This document shows, one piece after another, positions 53,078 to 62,084 of a stretch of DNA of 64,000 bases (the first letter of the stretch is position 1; every line of letters starts with the position of its first letter). The stretch comes from Escherichia coli (GTDB lineage Bacteria; Pseudomonadota; Gammaproteobacteria; Enterobacterales; Enterobacteriaceae). The position numbers and the translations under genes were made by a program. Location of the stretch: the NCBI RefSeq assembly GCF_011045215.1, contig NZ_CP049201.1; one strand, written 5' to 3'. The notes beneath the pieces were generated by a model. That model saw only the letters and a program-made list of their open reading frames with translations, was not told the DNA's origin and made no database searches.

Positions 53078-53272
53078 AAAAGGAAACGCAAAGAAAAATA
53101 AAAGAGAAAAGAAAACGTAGCAGAAAACAATGCTTAAACTAACACATCTAATGCTTTAATTTGCTTTACTGTTACAATGTCCGCTTACTGGTACAGGGCG
53201 GACTGCCATATTAGATTTGGTTCTATCTCGTAAGAGTGGCCGTTCAGGTCTGCACTAATACATCTGAATGGT

Positions 53273-54382
53273 TCACTCTGTTTCTGCTATCCATTCCGGG
53301 ATTTTTGCTTCAAGCTCAAGCTGCGTGGTAAAGCCGCTGTTATCAATGGTGTGCTCGGCTTTTGCAATAATCCAGTCCTGATTATCAATCTCGCTTTTAA
53401 ATCCTGTTACCGTGCCATGCATTTCGGGGTAGAGTTCTGCGCGTCCGCGTGCCAGTGTGATGGAGAATGATGCGGCTCCGCGTTGTAGTTGTTGCCACTT
53501 TGCCGCCGCTGCGCGTCTTGCTGCCTGCTCGTTCTGATAAGTCTTGCGTAACACAAACACATTGCCTTCCGCGCCTTCCATATAATCACCTTCACGGCTG
53601 CTGCTTTTCTCTTTTTTCGGTTTTGGCGGTTTGCGGCGTTTCACGCTGACTTTTTTCTTTTTCCCGTAATTAAGATCAAGCCAGTAAGCGCGTACCCCCG
53701 TATACGCCTCGCGGTCAGCAATGCGGAACTGATGGCGATCGCCGCTGCTGCGTGTGATGGCGAACGAGGGCAACGGCTGGCCCTGTGCGTTCACGCCACC
53801 GCCGGGCATGATGAATAACAGATTACCGCTTTTTACCGTGGTGATTGCGCCCAGCATTTCCGCCATGCGCGTAAGGAAGGACATGTCACTTTCTTCGGTC
53901 TGGTCGGCGTGGTCGATTTCGATATCCATCAGCATTTCGCTGATTTGCGGTTTCAGACCGTACCGATGAGCGATGGCGGATACCACACGCTCAACGGTCA
54001 CATCATGCCAGGACATCTCACGTTTAACGTTAAATTCATCCCGAAAATCTGCGCTTCTGGCTGAAACAGTCAGCCTGTCCGGCGGTCCTTCGTGTGCGAT
54101 TTCATCAACAATGTAAGAGCCTTTTTCTGTCAGCGGTTCGCCTTTCCAGCCAATGAGAACCGTCAGGCGCGCGCCCCGTGGCGGTAGCCGCAACTGACCA
54201 TCCGCATCATCCAGCGTGATGGTGAGCTGGTCTGCCTCAAATCCCCGGTTGTCGGTCAGCGACAGGCTCATCAGGCGCTCTGCCACGCCGGACAGCGTTT
54301 TACCCTCCGCGAGAATATCAAAATCCGGCATTTTTACGGGGTCTGTGCCCTGACTGAGCAATTGCATGGTGGTGTCGGTCAT
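53273..54382 (-). CDS. P2 gpD-like tail protein (late control gene D homolog)
   Basis: Start at ATG 54382 (MTDTTMQLLSQ...) with GGGAGGG RBS; 369 aa; gpD-like. Confidence 0.8.
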   Translation of the reverse strand: MTDTTMQLLSQGTDPVKMPDFDILAEGKTLSGVAERLMSLSLTDNRGFEADQLTITLDDADGQLRLPPRGARLTVLIGWKGEPLTEKGSYIVDEIAHEGPPDRLTVSARSADFRDEFNVKREMSWHDVTVERVVSAIAHRYGLKPQISEMLMDIEIDHADQTEESDMSFLTRMAEMLGAITTVKSGNLLFIMPGGGVNAQGQPLPSFAITRSSGDRHQFRIADREAYTGVRAYWLDLNYGKKKKVSVKRRKPPKPKKEKSSSREGDYMEGAEGNVFVLRKTYQNEQAARRAAAAKWQQLQRGAASFSITLARGRAELYPEMHGTVTGFKSEIDNQDWIIAKAEHTIDNSGFTTQLELEAKIPEWIAETE

Positions 54383-54539
54383 CTGTTCCCTCCCTGTGCG
54401 GCATGGTCGCATGTGCGTGCGGAGGGGGTTACTGCTTTTTGTTGTCGCCGGGTCGGGAGAACGGCGCAGGGGTGAGATTACGCGCGTGGTGGGTGATGAT
54501 TGTTGCCGAATCATTTAACGGATACAAGGGGCTGAAGCT

Positions 54540-55724
54540 ATGAGTGAAACTCGTTTTCATGGTGCCCGTGTTACGGAAAATACCGACCTGGTAACAGCGA
54601 TTAACGATGTTGATTCCAGCGTTATCGGTATCGTGGCAACGGCGGATGATGCGGACGCGAAGCTGTTCCCGCTGAACAAGCCCACACTGCTGACCCGCGT
54701 CAATGACGTGCTGGGAAAATGCGGGACAACGGGGACGCTTTATCGTGCGCTTAAGGCCATCGCAGACCAGGTGAGCACAAAGGTGATCGTCGTTCGCGTG
54801 GCTGAACACAAAGAAGAAGACGGAAAAACGCAGGATCAACTGGTTATCGGTGGTTCTGAATCTGACGGCAGCTATACGGGGATGTATGCGCTGCTTGTTG
54901 CAGAGCAGGATGAAAGCATCGGATACCGTCCGCGTATTCTGGCCGCGCCGGAGCTGGACACGGAGGCGGTAACAAAATCCCTGTGCGTGATTGCGGGTAA
55001 ACTGCGCGCGTTTGTGTATGCCTCATGTCACGGCTGTAACACGATGGCTGAGGCGATTACCTACCGCCAGAAATTCAACGAACGTGAGGTGATGCTCTTA
55101 TGGCCGGACTTCATCGCCTACAACCCGAAAAGTGGCAAAAACGAAACGTTCCCCGCGCCTGCCTATGCGTGCGGCCTTCGTGCGTACATTGACCATGAGC
55201 AGGGATGGCACAAATCACTGTCCAACGTTCCGGTTAAAAATGTGCTGGGGATGTCGAGGCATGTGTTCTGGTCGTTGCAGGCCGAAGACAGCGATGCCAA
55301 CAGCCTCAACAACAAAGAAATCACGACCATTATTCGTCGCAACGGGTTCCGCTTCTGGGGCAACCGCACACCGGAAACGAACGCCTACATCTTTGAGGTG
55401 TATACCCGAACCGCACAGGTGCTGGCTGATTCAATTGCGGAAGCGCAGTTTGAAACCATCGACAGTCCATTAACACCCGCGAACGTGAAGGATGTTATCA
55501 GTGCCATCAGGGCAAAACTGGATTCGCTGGTTACTGCCGGGAAACTGATAGGCGCGGAGTGCTGGTATGACGTGGTGGATAACAGCACCACGGATTTACG
55601 TCAGGGACGTGTGCGTATTCGCTACAAATATACGCCCGTTCCGCCACTGGAAGACATGGAGCTTTACCAGACGTTTACTGATGAATACTTTGAACCCGCA
55701 TTTGCGGTGCTGGGAGGTGCCTGA
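54540..55724 (+). CDS. P2 FI-like contractile tail sheath protein
   Basis: 394 aa; blocks shared with P2 FI (FPLNKP, LRAF, WPDF, EQGWHK.LSNV, IRRNGFRFWGNRT, YTPVPPLE). Confidence 0.9.
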   Translation: MSETRFHGARVTENTDLVTAINDVDSSVIGIVATADDADAKLFPLNKPTLLTRVNDVLGKCGTTGTLYRALKAIADQVSTKVIVVRVAEHKEEDGKTQDQLVIGGSESDGSYTGMYALLVAEQDESIGYRPRILAAPELDTEAVTKSLCVIAGKLRAFVYASCHGCNTMAEAITYRQKFNEREVMLLWPDFIAYNPKSGKNETFPAPAYACGLRAYIDHEQGWHKSLSNVPVKNVLGMSRHVFWSLQAEDSDANSLNNKEITTIIRRNGFRFWGNRTPETNAYIFEVYTRTAQVLADSIAEAQFETIDSPLTPANVKDVISAIRAKLDSLVTAGKLIGAECWYDVVDNSTTDLRQGRVRIRYKYTPVPPLEDMELYQTFTDEYFEPAFAVLGGA

Positions 55725-56236
55725 TGGCTGTGCCAAAACATCTTCGCTTTTTTACGCTGTTTGTGGATGGTGAAAACGAAGTGGGTAAGGTGACGTCCGT
55801 CACTCTGCCTAAGCTGACGCGCAAAACCGACAGCTACCGGGGTGGCGGCATGATGGGTGCGGTAAGTATTGATCTCGGTCTGGACGACTCCGCGCTTGAT
55901 GCGAGCTTTGTCATGGGGGGCGCAGTTCGTGAGCTGTTCCTTAAGTATGGCGGCACGATTGACGGCACGCTGCTGCGTTTTGCGGGTGAATACTACACCG
56001 ATGCAGAAAGCGACCTGTATGAAGTCGAAATGCGCGGACGTGTGACGGAAATTGATATGGGGGAAGCCAAACAGGGCGAAGCCACATCACACACTTACGC
56101 CATTAAAAACACCTACTACAAGCTGAGTGTTAACGATCGCCCGTTGTGGGAGATTGACCTGCTGAACTTCATTTACCGGAAGGACGGCAAGGACATTGTG
56201 CCCGATCGCATCCGTTCCGCGCTTGGGCTTGGCTGA
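55724..56236 (+). CDS. P2 FII-like tail tube protein
   Basis: 170 aa directly after sheath gene. Confidence 0.85.
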   Translation: MAVPKHLRFFTLFVDGENEVGKVTSVTLPKLTRKTDSYRGGGMMGAVSIDLGLDDSALDASFVMGGAVRELFLKYGGTIDGTLLRFAGEYYTDAESDLYEVEMRGRVTEIDMGEAKQGEATSHTYAIKNTYYKLSVNDRPLWEIDLLNFIYRKDGKDIVPDRIRSALGLG

Positions 56237-56290
56237 TAAGTAATATGCAGGCGGCGCAGTGCGTCGCCTCTGACTGAAAGGAGTTTCCTG

Positions 56291-56656
56291 ATGAAAGAGA
56301 CGAAAAACATCGATACCGAAAACACGGTAGTTACTGACACTGTGAAAGAAACCAGTGAGCGTGGCGTAAAACTTACCCAACCAATTGAGCGAGGCGGCGA
56401 AAAAATCACGTATGTGGAGATCACCGGGGCTATTGAGCAGGCTGGATCTCTGCGAGATTTGTCGCTGTCTGATGTGCTGAATCTGAAAGCGGAATCCATG
56501 TTTACGCTGCTGTCACGCGTGACATCACCGCGACTGGATGAAGTGACGATCAAAAAAATGGCATCCCGTGACTTTATTCAGTTATGTGTGGTTGCCGTAA
56601 ATTTTTTGAGCGGTGCGGACTCTGGCGGGAAGAACGAACAGGCGACGGAAGCCTGA
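56291..56656 (+). CDS. P2 gpE-like tail assembly chaperone (E; E+E' by -1 frameshift)
   Basis: 121 aa; followed by overlapping E' frame 56584..56820. Confidence 0.8.
   Translation: MKETKNIDTENTVVTDTVKETSERGVKLTQPIERGGEKITYVEITGAIEQAGSLRDLSLSDVLNLKAESMFTLLSRVTSPRLDEVTIKKMASRDFIQLCVVAVNFLSGADSGGKNEQATEA
56602..56608 (+). promoter_or_regulatory. Programmed -1 ribosomal frameshift slippery site (T TTT TTG) for E+E' fusion
   Basis: Heptamer TTTTTTG inside gpE where the E' frame (56584..56820) opens; conserved recoding in P2-like tail chaperones. Confidence 0.7.
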
Positions 56657-56770
56657 TCACGGTTGTGTGCTTTGAGCACATAGAAGACTTTGTGGCGGAT
56701 ATTGCCGCCATTTTTAACTGGTCGCCCGCCGAAATCTTCATGATGACGCCCGGCGAAGTGGTTAGCTGGC

Positions 56771-59614
56771 GTGAGCGGGCGGCACTTCGCAGCGGGAATG
56801 CAGACAATGAAGACTCTTGATATCCGGGTCGCTTTCAGCGCCGTTGACAGGCTGACCCGGCCTGCCGAAAACGCCCGCCGCCTGATGGGGCAGTTTGGTG
56901 ACTCCATCCAGCGAACGCAGGGGGCGATCAAAAATCTCGAGCGTCAGGCGCGTTCATTTGAGCGCGCCCGTGACGCTGTCAGTAAAGCGGATGCTGGCAT
57001 ATTGAAAGCACGACGCCAGCTTAACGCCCTTAATCAGTTACAACGCACGGGTACAGTGCTCAGCGAAAAACAACAAAAGCTGATGCAGCAGTTAAGCACC
57101 CGGCTTGAACGCCTGAATGAATCGCGCACACGTGAAATTCAGAAAATGCGGGAGCTTGGCGGAGAGCTGAAACGCCACGGCATTTCCCTGACAGGCAGCG
57201 ATAACACCATCCAGCAGGCCATCAGACGCACCGAACAGTACAACAACCAGCTTGAACGCGAACGGCAGGCGCTTGCGCGTGTAACGCGGGCGCGTGAGCG
57301 GTATTCGCGCGCGCAGGAAACCGCGGGAAAACTGAAAACAGGTGGTGCGCTGGCAATTGGTGCGGCAGCGGCTGGCGGCTATGCTGCCGGGCGTTTTTTG
57401 CAGCCTGCGATCGGGTTCGGCAAAGAGATGTCCCGCGTTCAGGCACTGACGCGAATCGACAAAAACAGCCCGCAGTTTAAGGCGCTGCGTGAGCAGGCGT
57501 TAAAACTTGGCTCTGAAACACAGTTTACTGCGAGTGATGCCGCCAGTGGGCAGAGCTTTCTGGCAATGGCTGGTTTTACTCCGCAGTCCATTCAGGCCGC
57601 ATTGCCCGGTGTTCTTAATATGGCGCTGGCAGGTGGCGTCGAACTCGGCGAGACGGCTGATATAGGCTCCAATATCCTCACACAGTTCAACCTGACAGCC
57701 GATCAAATGGGCCGTGTTGGCGATACGCTGACAGCAGCATTCACCCGGACCAATACTGATTTACGCGCGCTGGGCGAAACCATGAAGTATACCGGTCCGG
57801 TTGCCGCAAAACTTGGTATCAGTCTTGAAGAAGCGGCAGCCATGGCCGGGATGCTTGCCAATAATGGTCTTCGTGGAAGCGATGCTGGTACGGCCATTCG
57901 CGCAAGTCTGTCCCGCCTTGCATCACCGCCAAAAGCTGCGGCTGATGCGCTGAAAGAGCTGGGGGTGTCAGTTGCTGACGCCAGAGGCAAAATGCGCCCG
58001 ATGGAGGATGTGCAGCTTGATCTCTACAAGGCGACACAAAAATACGCACAGGTGGACCAGGTTTCCTTCTTCAAGGACATCGCCGGAGAAGAGGCGTTCG
58101 TTGGTTTGCAGACGCTTGTTGCGGCGTCTGGTTCAGGAGAGCTGCAAAAACTGACCAGAGAATTGCAGGGGGCAAGGGGAGAGGCCGATCGCGTTGCAAA
58201 AGTAATGGCCGATAATCTTGATGGGGACCTGAAAAATCTCGACAGCGCATGGGAAGGTCTTCGTATTCGCATCAGTGATCTGGTTGACGGTCCGCTGCGT
58301 TCTGTCACGCAGTGGCTCACGCGGGGGCTTGAAAAAATCACCTCGCTGGCGCAGGCCCATCCGGTACTGACGCGCCAGCTACTGATAGCAGGCGGTGCGT
58401 TGCTGGCAATGACTGTAACGATTGGCTCGTTGTCGCTGGTTATTGGGGGGCTTTACGGGAAGCTGGCTACCTTGCGTCTTGGTTTTGACATTCTTACCCG
58501 GTCAATGAATGTCGTCAGGGTGTTGCCTGCGCTGTGGGGAATGGTGACGGGTTCCGTTTCTTTACTGGGAGGCGCTATCGGGGCGCTGTTCAGTCCGGTT
58601 GGTCTTATCGTGGCTGCGCTTGCCGGAGCTGCCGTTCTTATCTGGAAATACTGGGATCCCATCAGGGCATTTTTTGCAGGGGTGTTCAGCGGGATTATGG
58701 AAAGGCTGACCCCGTTGCGCGAAACCTTTGAACGGTTTGGTCCTGTTTTTGACGCAATCGGAAGCGGGATCAGCCAGGTGTTTAACTGGTTTAAATTGCT
58801 GCTGTCACCGATGGAGTCCAGCAAGGAAACGCTGGATAAATGCACCAGTGCTGGCGAGGTATTCGGTAACGTTCTTGGTGGCGCGTTACAGCTTGTTCTG
58901 ACGCCTGCAAAAATGCTGCTGGATACGCTGGCGTGGATACTTGAAAAACTCGGTGTGCTTCCGGATGAGGCGGAAAGGGCGCGTAAGAAAATCGAAGACG
59001 CACAGCGTGCGGCCATTCTTCAGGACAAGGTTGCCTTGCTTCAGGGGGATCTGGCGAAAATCAATCCGCCGAAGCCTGTGGAAAATGGCAATGGCACCGG
59101 AGGTGATAAACCCAAAGACAACAAACCGCTCACAGACAGCAATACCGGGACGCTACGCAGACTCAGCAAAATTGCTGATAACACAGGTAAGCTGGTTGAT
59201 GAGACGAAAAAACGCATTGGCCCCGGCGATATTGTCTTTAAGAACCTGCCCCGCGCACTTGCTGTTCGTGGGGAGTGGCAGGAGCGGAAGATTGCGCAGG
59301 TCAGTAAGCCTGCCCCCGCAATTAATATCACACCTGTGGTCCCGGCTCCGCTGCCTCCGACGCTGGTCCCTGTTGTTGCGGCCAGCTCCCGCCCGGTGGC
59401 GGAGTCCATACGATCTCCAGTGGCATCAGTTCCTGCAACTTCCCGTAACCGGGAGCCTGTTGCCTCCGGATTTGGCGGTGAAATTCATGTTCATCTGCAT
59501 AACGTTGTTACGCAGAATCCCCGCGAACTGGCGAAACTGGTCGGCGAAATGGTCAGTGCAGAAATGGAACGGCGCGCCCGTGCCAGGCGTGGCAGTTTTT
59601 ACGATAAAGATTGA
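56771..59614 (+). CDS. P2 gpT-like tail tape measure protein
   Basis: 947 aa, coiled-coil N-terminal part and hydrophobic Gly-rich central segments. Confidence 0.88.
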   Translation: MSGRHFAAGMQTMKTLDIRVAFSAVDRLTRPAENARRLMGQFGDSIQRTQGAIKNLERQARSFERARDAVSKADAGILKARRQLNALNQLQRTGTVLSEKQQKLMQQLSTRLERLNESRTREIQKMRELGGELKRHGISLTGSDNTIQQAIRRTEQYNNQLERERQALARVTRARERYSRAQETAGKLKTGGALAIGAAAAGGYAAGRFLQPAIGFGKEMSRVQALTRIDKNSPQFKALREQALKLGSETQFTASDAASGQSFLAMAGFTPQSIQAALPGVLNMALAGGVELGETADIGSNILTQFNLTADQMGRVGDTLTAAFTRTNTDLRALGETMKYTGPVAAKLGISLEEAAAMAGMLANNGLRGSDAGTAIRASLSRLASPPKAAADALKELGVSVADARGKMRPMEDVQLDLYKATQKYAQVDQVSFFKDIAGEEAFVGLQTLVAASGSGELQKLTRELQGARGEADRVAKVMADNLDGDLKNLDSAWEGLRIRISDLVDGPLRSVTQWLTRGLEKITSLAQAHPVLTRQLLIAGGALLAMTVTIGSLSLVIGGLYGKLATLRLGFDILTRSMNVVRVLPALWGMVTGSVSLLGGAIGALFSPVGLIVAALAGAAVLIWKYWDPIRAFFAGVFSGIMERLTPLRETFERFGPVFDAIGSGISQVFNWFKLLLSPMESSKETLDKCTSAGEVFGNVLGGALQLVLTPAKMLLDTLAWILEKLGVLPDEAERARKKIEDAQRAAILQDKVALLQGDLAKINPPKPVENGNGTGGDKPKDNKPLTDSNTGTLRRLSKIADNTGKLVDETKKRIGPGDIVFKNLPRALAVRGEWQERKIAQVSKPAPAINITPVVPAPLPPTLVPVVAASSRPVAESIRSPVASVPATSRNREPVASGFGGEIHVHLHNVVTQNPRELAKLVGEMVSAEMERRARARRGSFYDKD

Positions 59615-59620
59615 GGAGTC

Positions 59621-60115
59621 ATGGCCATGATGATGATCTATGGCATGTTTGTTTTTGAGCTGCGCACACTGCCACATCAGCAGTTACAGCAAAACAAAAG
59701 CTGGCGGCATGTGAAAAATGAACGCGTTAACCGTTCAGCAAGCTGGCAGTATATCGGTGCAGGTGATGATCGCATCGTTCTTTCCGGCGTGCTTTATCCT
59801 GAAATTACAGGTGGTGAAGTGTCGCTGTCGCTGCTGACCACGCAGGCATATACAGGGCGGCCCTGGCCTCTGATTGATGGTGTCGGGCAGATTTACGGCA
59901 TGTATGTCCTGACCGGAACGAATACGACCCGCTCCGAGTTTGATCGCTACGGTAAGGCGAAAAAAATAGAATTTTCACTGACCCTTGAACGCTGTGATGA
60001 GGATTTGCGGGAGCGCCTGCAATCCTCATCGTTCAGCGATATGCTGTCCGGCTTCAAAGATAAGGTGACATCATCCCTTAACAGCGCGGCCAGTTCAGTT
60101 AAAGGACTGTTCTGA
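59621..60115 (+). CDS. P2 gpU-like tail protein
   Basis: 164 aa directly after tape measure gene. Confidence 0.8.
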   Translation: MAMMMIYGMFVFELRTLPHQQLQQNKSWRHVKNERVNRSASWQYIGAGDDRIVLSGVLYPEITGGEVSLSLLTTQAYTGRPWPLIDGVGQIYGMYVLTGTNTTRSEFDRYGKAKKIEFSLTLERCDEDLRERLQSSSFSDMLSGFKDKVTSSLNSAASSVKGLF

Positions 60116-60211
60116 TTTTACATTGCCGCCGATACCCTCATATTGGGTAATGGGCGGCTTGTTGTTATATAATATATCGTAGGTCCTGATAAAACTGTTG
60201 AGGTTTCTACT

Positions 60212-61450
60212 TTATAAAGAATTGCTACTTTCTAATTCTGGGTTTCTGGATCTATTTTTACAACCTAAATCCGAGTGGTAATTCGGTATATCGTTTGTCA
60301 AATCTTGTTTGATAGCATTAATTAAGATCATTATGTCGAATTTATGCATATCGTCGCCCCCTTCAGACCTTAGATGTTCGGATGTGGTGAGTTGAGTCGC
60401 TAATTTGCTGTTTGGCCCCCACACAATATTGTTTTCGAATTTTCCTTCATGCATTCTGTTATTATATATACAGTATTGTCTAATGTTTAATCCACTGGCT
60501 AAATGTACAATAGCAGTATCTACAGTTATAACAAAATCAGCATGGCGAACCAATGCAAATGAACATCCGGCATCAGAAAATGGAGATAGAGACACATTAT
60601 CCAATCCATTGTGATTAATCTGTTCTCCCATATTAAAAACTATTGTGTGATATCCCTTAAGGTTATTAAGGTAAGCTAGTACTTTGTTTATCTGTTCATC
60701 AGATAATGTTCTGCTATTCTGAGAACCATAAGGGTTAAATATAACTAATTTTTTGTTTTTCTTCCTGAATTCATTTGCAACAATATTTGCTGGTTCATAT
60801 ATTTTGTTGTCAAAATTAAGCGCTGCAGCATAATTATTATTTTTTATCTTTAGTAAAGATAAAACTTTTTTCATTCTTTCAGATGTGTGAATGGAACGAT
60901 TATCGATTATATTTGTATCAAAAATAGTTACGGCAGGATGATTAAAACAGATAGAGTGTTTAGGTCTAAGTAAATGTAGTGTTTGCAATCTGGTTATCGC
61001 TGTGTTATCAAAATTTGAGAAGTCAACAACAAGATCTACATTCAGTTTTTTTATCTTTGCTTTTAGTTCGTTAAATTTATTTTTCTCGTAAGATATAAAG
61101 GCATCCACGCCAACAATATCAGTAAAGAGGAATGATACTCTTGAAGGTGCTATCACATATACCACCATACCGGATTTTTGAAGTTGTTTAATAAACCCTG
61201 AGGTAACGATGCCGTCACCAATGGCTTGCATGTGCATGAAAATGCACACTGTTTTATAACTATCCGGCTGTAATGATGTTTTCCTTCTGTATCGCATTTT
61301 TAGAAATGCCAGTCTGGCCTTCGTCTTTATCTTTTTTGTTTTAATATTTCGCTCTCTGTTAAGCTGTTTTAATGATGAAATAACATTCATAATGGTACCC
61401 TGAAAATCCAAATCACACATGTCATCCGAAATGAGCAGGATACTATACAA
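60212..61450 (-). CDS. Glycosyltransferase family 9 (ADP-heptose:LPS heptosyltransferase-like) cargo gene, AT-rich
   Basis: 412 aa; GT9-like N-terminal motif CIFMHMQAIGDGIVTSGFIKQL and C-terminal HADFVITVDTAIVHLASGLNIRQYCIY; sits between tail-fibre-assembly G and tail genes (Z/fun position); start may be internal. Confidence 0.7.
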   Translation of the reverse strand: MYSILLISDDMCDLDFQGTIMNVISSLKQLNRERNIKTKKIKTKARLAFLKMRYRRKTSLQPDSYKTVCIFMHMQAIGDGIVTSGFIKQLQKSGMVVYVIAPSRVSFLFTDIVGVDAFISYEKNKFNELKAKIKKLNVDLVVDFSNFDNTAITRLQTLHLLRPKHSICFNHPAVTIFDTNIIDNRSIHTSERMKKVLSLLKIKNNNYAAALNFDNKIYEPANIVANEFRKKNKKLVIFNPYGSQNSRTLSDEQINKVLAYLNNLKGYHTIVFNMGEQINHNGLDNVSLSPFSDAGCSFALVRHADFVITVDTAIVHLASGLNIRQYCIYNNRMHEGKFENNIVWGPNSKLATQLTTSEHLRSEGGDDMHKFDIMILINAIKQDLTNDIPNYHSDLGCKNRSRNPELESSNSL

Positions 61451-61484
61451 AAAACTGGACTACAATGGTTTGAAATGAAAGCCT

Positions 61485-62084
61485 TTATGCTTGTTTACTC
61501 CTTGATTCCACTGGGGAAGCAGGCCACTCAATATCCGGTGCTCTTGATGTATCAACACGGTTCAGCAGCACTCGATACTTCTTCCATGCCACCAGTAACG
61601 ATGTTTCTTCCTCTGTTGCAATATTCAAATCTACGGCATCTTGAAGTGGCGAAATATGCTCACTGGCTACCTGCATGAGGCTGTTTTTTGTTTCTTCCGC
61701 CTCCCGTATCCGGAACACTTTTTCTGCTTCTGCATCTTTCACCCACGTTGTGCCGTTCCACTTCTGAAACTCCCCTTCCGGGGATAACCAGGTGACATTT
61801 TCCGGTAATGGACCGAGTTCAGAAATAAATAACGCGCCCCCTGATGCCACGTCATAAACCGTTTTACCACGATGATCTTCAACGAGATGCCAGGACGTCT
61901 TATCACTGTTGAAAATAGCCACGAAGCCAGCTGGAATATCTGGCGGAGAAATATCAGTACTATTTGCAGGTAGACCTGTATGAGGTGGAATGTATGCATC
62001 ACCTTCACCAATAAATTCATTGGTTCCGACCAGCAGATTATAAATTTTTATGGTTCGTGGTTGTTCACTCATTCTGAATGCCAT
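61485..62084 (-). CDS. Tail fibre assembly protein (P2 gpG/Tfa-like)
   Basis: 199 aa; start overlaps stop of tail fibre gene. Confidence 0.85.
   Translation of the reverse strand: MAFRMSEQPRTIKIYNLLVGTNEFIGEGDAYIPPHTGLPANSTDISPPDIPAGFVAIFNSDKTSWHLVEDHRGKTVYDVASGGALFISELGPLPENVTWLSPEGEFQKWNGTTWVKDAEAEKVFRIREAEETKNSLMQVASEHISPLQDAVDLNIATEEETSLLVAWKKYRVLLNRVDTSRAPDIEWPASPVESRSKQA

Noticed and set aside
54429-54839. 136-aa minus-strand ORF across the gpD/FI junction
   Set aside because: Overlaps the FI start and divergent promoter region; the gpD start with a strong RBS lies downstream at 54382.
57222-59409. Several 70-190-aa minus-strand ORFs inside the tape measure gene
   Set aside because: Antisense to a long, well-supported gpT reading frame; Ala/Arg/Pro-rich low-complexity translations.
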